Origin: Acidobacteriota bacterium
GTDB lineage: Bacteria > Acidobacteriota > UBA6911
Reading direction: 5' to 3'
DNA: 64,000 nucleotides
Assembly: GCA_963664705.1 (NCBI GenBank)
Contig: OY761556.1
Location: 96,001 to 160,000, forward strand
Of the stretch, positions 48,961 to 56,345 are shown in pieces. Every line of letters begins with the position of its first letter. Position 1 is the stretch's first letter. The translations under genes were made by a program, and so were the position numbers. The notes below the pieces were generated by a model that was not told where the DNA came from, ran no database searches, and saw only the letters and a list, made by a program, of their open reading frames with translations.

Positions 48961-49374
48961 TTACCCGTGGTGTTGGGAGGTCTCTCCGGATTCACCCAGC
49001 AGTCGCCGGACCTCGGCTTTCAACTGTTCCGGGCGAACTGGCTTATCCATCAACTTATCCACTTTGATCCAGGATTTGGCTTCTGCCTGTTGTGCTGCAA
49101 ACGACAGACCCGTTGCGCCGGCAACCGCCGTCAGCAGAATTACCGGCAATTCCGGGAACAGCTTCTTGAGCTGATAGCTGAGCACAAAACCGGAATCTTT
49201 CTCTTCCATCATCAAATCGAGAACCGCCAGGTCTGGTTTGGTTTTAAGAATCACTTCTTCCGCCATCGCGCGGCTCTCAGCGCTGATTACATCGTATCCT
49301 GCCGCTGCAAGAATCGCTGTTATCTGTTCGAGGATATCCACATCGTCATCAACTACCAGAATTTTCTTTTTCAC
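48961..49374 (-). CDS. Single-domain response regulator
   Basis: ILVVDDD, VLDLMM, ILLT, DKP; GTG start after AAGGGAG. Confidence 0.9.
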   Translation of the reverse strand: MKKKILVVDDDVDILEQITAILAAAGYDVISAESRAMAEEVILKTKPDLAVLDLMMEEKDSGFVLSYQLKKLFPELPVILLTAVAGATGLSFAAQQAEAKSWIKVDKLMDKPVRPEQLKAEVRRLLGESGETSQHHG

Positions 49375-49406
49375 TTCGTAAGCTCCCTTACTCAAATCAT
49401 AACGAG

Positions 49407-49614
49407 CGACCGGCAACTGTCAGGACCCAGCCTTTGACGGGCTCCTTCCCACCGGGTTCGATGGGAAACACGCATTGTACAGCCCAAACGGGCTGTTTGC
49501 ATGTGGTTCCTTGCCGGCCGGTCGAACCGGGAATCCACCCCGGGCCAGGTTCGCGCCTCACCGGCAGGCGTGAAGCCGGTAAGGCCAGGCAATAGTGGCC
49601 CAGGGATGGATTCC
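49407..49614 (-). ncRNA. Candidate structured intercistronic RNA (unassigned)
   Basis: At least six complementary stems; several mismatches become G-U pairs on the minus (sense) strand. Confidence 0.4.
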
Positions 49615-49634
49615 TGCCCATTCCACAACAATCG

Positions 49635-51359
49635 CTATAAAACGTCTCTGCGATCGTAATGGGTATGCAGCAGGTTATGGCTTTTTTCGCCGAGCGGTTT
49701 TCCGAGAAATTCTTCATACAACCGCGCGACCCACGTGTTTTTATGGCTGACTCGCAGCTTATCGTTCTGGTCGATCTTGTACAGAGCCTGCATACGGGCT
49801 CGTGCTGCGTTGATGTTGGCGCCGATGGGCTGTCCGCCTCCGTTGATGCAGCCTCCGGGGCAGGTCATCACTTCGATGAAATGAAGATCTTTGCGCCCTG
49901 CCACGATCTCATCCATCAGCTTTCTGGCATTGCCCAGACCGCTTATAACCGCGGCTCCAACATCCAAGTCGCCGATTTTGGCCCGGATTTCCTTGGACCC
50001 CTTCATGCCCCGCAGCGGAACCATCTCTGGCTTGGGCAGTTCCTGTCCGGTCAGAAGGAAATACGCCGTACGGACAGCGGCTTCCATGACGCCACCGCTG
50101 GCGCCGAAGATCTTTCCGGCCGAGGATCTCTCCCCGAATGGCGTATCCGCCGCTTCCGGGGACATCGCGAGGAGGTCGACGCCGAAGGTTCTCAGCAGTT
50201 GTGCCAGTTCGCGCGTGGTTAACACATAGTCTACATCCGGGACATGACCGGGTGCCATCTCCGGCCGGCCGCATTCAAACTTTTTGGCCGTGCAGGGCAT
50301 GATCGAAACGCTGACGATTTTGCTGGGATCAATCTTCTCGCGTTCCGCGAAGTAGCTCTTGATGATTGCGCCCATCATCTGCTGCGGGCTCTTGCAAGTC
50401 GACAGGTTCGGGATCAGCTCAGGGTAGAACTGCTCGATGAACTTGATCCATCCCGGGGAACAGCTCGTAAACATCGGAAGCGTTCCGCCCGTTTGAATCC
50501 GGTGCGCCAGTTCGGATGCCTCTTCCATAATGGTCAAATCGGCGGTGAACGATGTGTCGAAAACACGATCGAATCCGATGCGCCGAAGTGCCGCCACCAT
50601 CTTTCCATCGGCATCCTGCTGTCCCGGCTCGGCTCCAAACTCCTCCGCCAGAGTCACCGAGACCGCGGGAGCATGCTGCACGACGACCAGTTTTTCCGGA
50701 TCCGCCAGCGCAGCCTTCACCTCTTCCAGGAAGGAGTGTTCGGTCAGAGCGCCGGTCGGGCAGCCGATGATGCACTGGCCGCAGTTGATACAGGTCGATA
50801 CGTTCAACCCCTGGTCGAAGGCAGTGCCGATATAGGCTTTGCTTCCGCGATTCACGAAATCGATGGAGCCGATTCCCTGAACTTCTTCGCAGATTCGAAC
50901 GCAGCGGCCGCAAAGGATGCACTTGTCCGGATCGCGGACAATGGCTCCGGCGACGTCCTTTTCACGGAAAGGACGTGCGCTGCGGCTGATGCGCTGGCGG
51001 ATTCCCATCGACTGGGACAGGTTCTGCAGATCGCATTTGCCGCTTCGCGCGCAATACAGGCAGTCATCCGGGTGGTTGCTCAACAGCAGCTCAACGATCG
51101 AGCGGCGCGCTTCCAGCACCTTTGCCGACCGTGTCTGGATTTTCATGCCCGGAGCTACGGGATACGAACACGCGGTAACGAAATTTCCAGCGCCTTCCAT
51201 TTCGACGATGCACATTCTGCAGGCACCGCTTGGGGGCAACCCTTCCAGGTGGCACAGGGTTGGAACATGAATTCCTTCCCGTTTCAAAGCCGAGAGGATC
51301 GTTTCCCCTTCTTTGGCCTCAATGGTCCGGCCATCCACTATCATTTCAATCATATTCAC
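49635..51359 (-). CDS. hydA: [FeFe]-hydrogenase catalytic subunit (group A, multimeric type)
   Basis: [2Fe-2S], HxxxCxxC, 2x[4Fe-4S]; TSCSPGW, MPCTAKKFE, EVMTCPGGCINGGGQP; LLHTHY tail. Confidence 0.96.
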   Translation of the reverse strand: MNMIEMIVDGRTIEAKEGETILSALKREGIHVPTLCHLEGLPPSGACRMCIVEMEGAGNFVTACSYPVAPGMKIQTRSAKVLEARRSIVELLLSNHPDDCLYCARSGKCDLQNLSQSMGIRQRISRSARPFREKDVAGAIVRDPDKCILCGRCVRICEEVQGIGSIDFVNRGSKAYIGTAFDQGLNVSTCINCGQCIIGCPTGALTEHSFLEEVKAALADPEKLVVVQHAPAVSVTLAEEFGAEPGQQDADGKMVAALRRIGFDRVFDTSFTADLTIMEEASELAHRIQTGGTLPMFTSCSPGWIKFIEQFYPELIPNLSTCKSPQQMMGAIIKSYFAEREKIDPSKIVSVSIMPCTAKKFECGRPEMAPGHVPDVDYVLTTRELAQLLRTFGVDLLAMSPEAADTPFGERSSAGKIFGASGGVMEAAVRTAYFLLTGQELPKPEMVPLRGMKGSKEIRAKIGDLDVGAAVISGLGNARKLMDEIVAGRKDLHFIEVMTCPGGCINGGGQPIGANINAARARMQALYKIDQNDKLRVSHKNTWVARLYEEFLGKPLGEKSHNLLHTHYDRRDVL

Positions 51360-51373
51360 CTCAGTCCATCTGT

Positions 51374-54300
51374 CTAATGTGGTTGCGTAAATTCCAGATC
51401 ACATCTCGCACAACGCCGCGCTTCCGTCAGGACATCCTGTTCGGACGGGCACAACTCCACTTCGTGGAAACACCCCTTCCGCTGTACTACGGGCAGCAGA
51501 GGCACTTCCAGCCGAACCGCGTTGCTGTTCTCGTCATCTTCCGATGTCACAGGTTCCACATAGACGGACGGGAGCTTCACTTTCGGCAGGACCTTCATCA
51601 GCTTGCCGGCGATATAGCGATCGATCATTGTGGCCGCCTGCTTTCCGGCTGCCACGGCTTCGATCACCGTATTCGGTCCGCTCACGACATCGCCGGCTGC
51701 GAAAACTCCGGCTCTGTTGGTGGCAAACGATTCGCTGTTGATGCTGACCGTACCCCAGGATGTTTTGCCGAGGGCTTCCATTCCTGCCGTATCCGGTTCT
51801 TCACTGATCGCTACAACCAGCGTATCCAGTTCCGCATCGAATTCCGATCCCTTGACAGGGACGGGTCGACGGCGGCCGGAAGCATCCGGTGCGCCGAGTT
51901 CATTGCGGAGGAATCGAACTCCGGTCAACTTGCCGTCTTTGCTGTTCACGGCCACGGGCGTGACCAGTTCTTCGATCTTAATTCCTTCGGCGAGGCCGGC
52001 TTCCACTTCTTCCTTATAAGCCGGCATTTCCTGACGTGTGCGCCGGTAGAAGACCGTGACGCTCTCGACTCCGGGCTGTCGGAAGGCGACGCGAGCCGCA
52101 TCCATGGCAGAGTTGCCGCCGCCAAGGATACCTACGCGTCCTTTGGCCATCGATACGTTCTTGAGATTATATGCCTTCAGGAACTTGATTCCCGGGATGA
52201 CGCCTTCGACGTCTTCACCCGGAACATCCAGCTTCTTGCTGGCATGCGATCCGGCCGCAACAAACACCGCTTTGTAGCCGTCCTCGAAAAGCTTGTCGAT
52301 CGAGAAATCGCGACCCAGTGCCTGTTCATAGCGAACATCAATATTGTTATTCAGCAGGGAGGTGATTTCCCGGTTCAGGACTTCTCTGGGCAACCGGTAT
52401 TCCGGTATCGCGGCTGTCAACATGCCGCCGGCTCTATCTTCGCGCTCGAACAGCGTAATTTTGTGCCCCATCAAGGACAGCGAATTGGCTGCGGCAAGCC
52501 CTGTCGGGCCGGCGCCGATGACGGCGATCTTCGCGGAGTCCGGACGTGCCGGAATTGCCGGAGGTTTGTTGCTCGGAATGACATGGTCGACAACGTAGCG
52601 CTTGAGCGTACGGATGGCGATCGGCTGTCCTCCCGTGGCTCCTGCCCGGCATACTGCCTCACAGGGGTGATGGCAGACTCGGGCACAGGCGGAGGGGAAC
52701 GGATTTGCGTCGCGGATTACCTTGTAGGCGTCTTCGTACTCGCCGCGAGCGATGTGAGCCACATAGCGCCACACTTCCGTCCCAACCGGGCATCCGGTCT
52801 GGCAGGGGGCTCCTACCAGTTCCTTGCACGATCCGGCCGGGCAGCGGCGCTCGAACACGTGCGCTTCATACTCATCGCGGAACCATTTCAGGGTGCTGAG
52901 GACCGGGTTCGGAGCTGACTGGCCAAGGCCGCACAGGCTGGTGGACTTGATCATCTCGCCCAACTGCTGCAACTGCATAATGCCCTGGACGCGCAACAAG
53001 GCATCCAGCTCGTCTTCCTTGTGGCGAGGTTTGGTCAGCGCTTCAAGAATTTCGAGCATGCGTCTCGTACCTTCACGGCACGGGATGCATTTACCGCAGC
53101 TCTCATTCTGAATGAATTCCATAAAGTACTTGGCGAAATCCACCATGCAGGTCGATTCATCAAGTACGACCAGCCCGCCGGATCCCATGATAGTTCCGAA
53201 CTGTTTCAGTTCTTCATAATCGATCGGAATGTCCAGGTGTGCTTCAGGAACACATCCGCCCGAGGGGCCGCCCGTCTGGACCGCCTTGCAGGTTTTGTTG
53301 TTCGGAATTCCGCCGGCGATTTCCTGGACGACTTCGCGCAACGTGGTTCCCATCGGGATTTCCACGAGGCCCGTGCGCCGAACCATTCCGGAGAGCGCGA
53401 AAACTTTGGTTCCCTTGCTTCCCTTGGTCCCCATGCTGGAGTACCACTCTGCGCCGCGGTCGATGATGAGCGGTATGTTTGCCAGGGTTTCAACATTGTT
53501 GATGACGGTCGGTTTGCCAAACAAGCCGCTGACTGCTGGGAATGGCGGCCGCGGGCGCGGCATTCCGCGCTTGCCTTCAATCGAGTGAATCAGGGCCGTT
53601 TCTTCACCGCAGACAAAGGCTCCGGCACCCATCTTCAGCTTGATCTGCAGGTCGATACCGCTGCCCAGAATATCGTAACCAATCAATCCGCAGGCTTGCG
53701 CCTGTGCGAAGGCTTCGTTGAGATGCTGGATAGCCAGCGGATATTCAGCGCGGATGTAGATGTAAGCCTTGGTAGCGCCGATGGCATAGGCGGCAATCAG
53801 CATGCCTTCAATCAGCCTATGCGGATCGCTTTCGGCTACCGCGCGATCCATGAACGCGCCCGGGTCGCCTTCATCCGCATTGCAGATCAGGTATTTTTGG
53901 TCCGCCGCTGTTGCCCGTGCGAACTTCCATTTCTTTCCGGTCGGGAACCCGCCACCACCGCGGCCCCGCAGTCCGCTGAATTCCACCAGGTCGCACACCG
54001 CTTCAGGCGTCATCGTACGCAATACGCGGGCAATCGAGGAGTATCCACCGTGGGCGATATATTCTGAGATATTTTTAGGATCAATAATGCCGCTTGTTGC
54101 CAGCACCACACGGACCTGCCGAGACAGGAAAGGATGTTCATCAAGATAAGGAACTCCAGTCCATATCTTTCCCGATTTTGCACGATATTGCCCGAGGGTT
54201 TCGTCCGCCGGGACCTTCTTGTTGACGAGAACGCTGTCAAGCAGCCCAGCGGCTTTGTCTGCAGTAATGTTCTTGAAGCTGACGCGTGAACGGCCGGGGA

Positions 54301-54637
54301 GTTGAATGTCAACGATCGGCTCGTCCGAGCACATGCCGTTGCACCCGACTTCGACAATCTGGGCATCAATCTTTTTCTCTGCGACAAATTCCTTGATGGC
54401 GACGAGAGTTTTGGCTGCTCCCGCACCGAGACCGCATGTGCCGGCACCGACAAAAATGACCGGTTTTTCCACTGTCTCTCTGCGCAGCGAGGCCAGCAGC
54501 GCATCCATCTGTTCCTTGCCCTGCGCGGCTGCGCTTACAAAGGGCTCGGCCTTGAGATCCGCAAGGAGATCTTCGGAAACGCCGCCGAAGTTCACCCAGC
54601 AGGAGTTGCCCTTTTCTGTTTTTGCTTTATTTGCCAT
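51374..54637 (-). CDS. hydB: NuoF-like diaphorase subunit (HydB) fused to a GltD/NfnL-like FAD/NAD(P)H oxidoreductase
   Basis: GLRGRGGGGFPTG, NADEGDPGAFMDR, GGPSG, ESCGKCIPCREG; then PCQTGCP...CARVCHHPCE, GAGPTG, GGGNSAMD, YRR. Confidence 0.92.
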   Translation of the reverse strand: MANKAKTEKGNSCWVNFGGVSEDLLADLKAEPFVSAAAQGKEQMDALLASLRRETVEKPVIFVGAGTCGLGAGAAKTLVAIKEFVAEKKIDAQIVEVGCNGMCSDEPIVDIQLPGRSRVSFKNITADKAAGLLDSVLVNKKVPADETLGQYRAKSGKIWTGVPYLDEHPFLSRQVRVVLATSGIIDPKNISEYIAHGGYSSIARVLRTMTPEAVCDLVEFSGLRGRGGGGFPTGKKWKFARATAADQKYLICNADEGDPGAFMDRAVAESDPHRLIEGMLIAAYAIGATKAYIYIRAEYPLAIQHLNEAFAQAQACGLIGYDILGSGIDLQIKLKMGAGAFVCGEETALIHSIEGKRGMPRPRPPFPAVSGLFGKPTVINNVETLANIPLIIDRGAEWYSSMGTKGSKGTKVFALSGMVRRTGLVEIPMGTTLREVVQEIAGGIPNNKTCKAVQTGGPSGGCVPEAHLDIPIDYEELKQFGTIMGSGGLVVLDESTCMVDFAKYFMEFIQNESCGKCIPCREGTRRMLEILEALTKPRHKEDELDALLRVQGIMQLQQLGEMIKSTSLCGLGQSAPNPVLSTLKWFRDEYEAHVFERRCPAGSCKELVGAPCQTGCPVGTEVWRYVAHIARGEYEDAYKVIRDANPFPSACARVCHHPCEAVCRAGATGGQPIAIRTLKRYVVDHVIPSNKPPAIPARPDSAKIAVIGAGPTGLAAANSLSLMGHKITLFEREDRAGGMLTAAIPEYRLPREVLNREITSLLNNNIDVRYEQALGRDFSIDKLFEDGYKAVFVAAGSHASKKLDVPGEDVEGVIPGIKFLKAYNLKNVSMAKGRVGILGGGNSAMDAARVAFRQPGVESVTVFYRRTRQEMPAYKEEVEAGLAEGIKIEELVTPVAVNSKDGKLTGVRFLRNELGAPDASGRRRPVPVKGSEFDAELDTLVVAISEEPDTAGMEALGKTSWGTVSINSESFATNRAGVFAAGDVVSGPNTVIEAVAAGKQAATMIDRYIAGKLMKVLPKVKLPSVYVEPVTSEDDENSNAVRLEVPLLPVVQRKGCFHEVELCPSEQDVLTEARRCARCDLEFTQPH

Positions 54638-55100
54638 TTTTGGACTCCGTTTCCCGGCACTCTTGAATAATTTGGACCAGCTTTTGAGGCGTCACCTTTG
54701 CGTAAAACTCGCCGTTCAGGTTCATCACAGGTGAAAGTCCGCAAGCTCCCATGCACGCGACTGTCTCCAGACTGAAGAGACGATCCCGCGATGTTTGACC
54801 CGGCTTCAGTTTCAGCATTTTTTCGGCCATATCGAGAACGCGATTGGATCCTTTGACATGGCAGGCAGTCCCACGGCAGACCATAAAATGATATTTGCCC
54901 TTGGGTTGAAACCGGAATTGATTGTAAAAGGTTGCAACTCCGAAGATTTTTGTGGTCGGCAGGTTGAGGTGTTTGCTGATACGAATGACTGCTTCGCGTG
55001 ACAAATAGCCTTCTATTTCCTGCACTTCTTGGAGGATAGGAATCAGGGCATCTCGGCCAGCCCTGGGGTGTTTCTGCAGAATGGCATCCACAGCATTCAT
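54627..55100 (-). CDS. hydC: NuoE-like [2Fe-2S] subunit (HydC)
   Basis: LIPILQEVQ, VATFY, CRGTACH, CMGACGLSP. Confidence 0.93.
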   Translation of the reverse strand: MNAVDAILQKHPRAGRDALIPILQEVQEIEGYLSREAVIRISKHLNLPTTKIFGVATFYNQFRFQPKGKYHFMVCRGTACHVKGSNRVLDMAEKMLKLKPGQTSRDRLFSLETVACMGACGLSPVMNLNGEFYAKVTPQKLVQIIQECRETESKNGK

Positions 55101-55768
55101 GAATTGCTCTCCTTATAAACAGACAACATCTGCCTGTCCGACGACCGCTCGGACTGGCGCGCAAAGTAGGCCACCTTGTCCATGGACATGGCCAAATCAA
55201 TATCCTCGACGTAAACGTCGGGGGGGACATGAAGAGGAGTCCTCGCAAAATTAAGAAATCCGCGGACTCCAGCGCCTACAAAAGTATCGGCGATGAACTG
55301 AGCTTCTTTATCGGGTACGGCAATAATTCCTACGCTAATGCCAAGCTCCCGGATCACACTATCCGCTTTTTCGATCGAATAGCACGGGCAGCCTTGAAAC
55401 ATGCGGTCATACTTCTCAGGGTTGGTTTCAAATGACGCGGCAATCCGGAGCGTCGGACGGCGTCCCATGAAGTACTTGAGCAGGGCGCGACCTATATTCC
55501 CGACTCCTGCAATGGCCGCCTTTTGCTCCGTTGCAGAGAAGAGAAACGCTTCGATATGCTCCCGCAGCCGAAGCACGTCATACCCGCGGGCAGGGGTCCC
55601 GGAATAGCCAAGAACCATAAGGTCTCGGCGTACCTGGGCTGGCGTGACATGGGATTTTGCTGCCAGGAAATGTGAATAGACGTGAGTGAGTCCCTCGGCG
55701 GCGAATTCCCCTAAATTACGCCAATACAACGTTAAACGGCCAACTGTTCGATGTGGAACGATCTTCAA
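55097..55768 (-). CDS. rex: Redox-sensing transcriptional repressor Rex
   Basis: RLTLY, QVRRDL...G...GY, GVGNIGRAL, IIAVP, LNFA. Confidence 0.92.
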   Translation of the reverse strand: MKIVPHRTVGRLTLYWRNLGEFAAEGLTHVYSHFLAAKSHVTPAQVRRDLMVLGYSGTPARGYDVLRLREHIEAFLFSATEQKAAIAGVGNIGRALLKYFMGRRPTLRIAASFETNPEKYDRMFQGCPCYSIEKADSVIRELGISVGIIAVPDKEAQFIADTFVGAGVRGFLNFARTPLHVPPDVYVEDIDLAMSMDKVAYFARQSERSSDRQMLSVYKESNS

Positions 55769-55796
55769 GTCTATATCCCTCGTGAAAACAAACGCA

Positions 55797-55814
55797 TTGT
55801 GAACTGATTCACAA
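55797..55814. promoter_or_regulatory. Rex operator
   Basis: TTGTGAACTGATTCACAA matches TTGTGAA-N4-TTCACAA, 28 bp upstream of rex. Confidence 0.9.
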
Positions 55815-55933
55815 TTAATAGCAAGCGAAAAATAAATTAATTTTATAGGTAGGGCGGATTCCAGTAGATTTTGGAATAGGTGGTTACCGCAGGGAGCGTG
55901 AGCGGGACGGTAAATGCCGCATAATTTTTGAAG

Positions 55934-55968
55934 GATTCCAGATTCCAGATTCCAAATTCCAAATTCCA
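55934..55968. repeat. Heptamer tandem repeat (RATTCCA)5
   Basis: GATTCCA x3, AATTCCA x2; flanked by AATGCCGCAT motifs at about 55913 and 55986. Confidence 0.85.
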
Positions 55969-56149
55969 GACACGCTGTCCCAGCTAATGCCGCATGCTGA
56001 TTGTAGCTTGATTAACGAGATGAAGCTGGGGGCTCAATGGGAACGCGGGGCCTCGCCGGCAAGGTCATGGACTGCTTGCATGGCGCTGATGCCGCTGGGA
56101 TGGCGGGGGGGGGGGGGGGGACAGACTTTATTTTGGGGAGAAATAAAAC

Positions 56150-56200
56150 AGCGGAAGGCTGGAGTCGCCCAGAGCCCGTAGACTCTGCCAGCCTTCCGCT
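56150..56200. other. Strong hairpin with 13-bp outer stem
   Basis: AGCGGAAGGCTGG...CCAGCCTTCCGCT. Confidence 0.6.
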
Positions 56201-56291
56201 AATCCAATGGCTAGAGATGTATTTAAGCTAACATGGAATATCGCGGAATAAAAGTAATAATTAGTTAAAATTGGTAATAAAGAGATAGGCA

Positions 56292-56337
56292 GTTATCAAA
56301 GACTTGAAGCGCCGCGGCGCCTCAAGTCTTCAATAAC
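56292..56337 (-). terminator. Terminator-like hairpin after the TonB receptor
   Basis: AAGACTTGAGGCGCC-GC-GGCGCTTCAAGTCTT on the minus strand just after the stop codon. Confidence 0.7.
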
Positions 56338-56345
56338 CGTAATGC

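Noticed and set aside
49407-49614. Cobalamin riboswitch
   Set aside because: GCAACTGT and GCCACT/GGGAAGG fragments lie on opposite strands or at the wrong spacing.
50244-54067. Long plus-strand ORFs (377, 562 and 348 aa)
   Set aside because: Antisense shadows of hydA and hydB.
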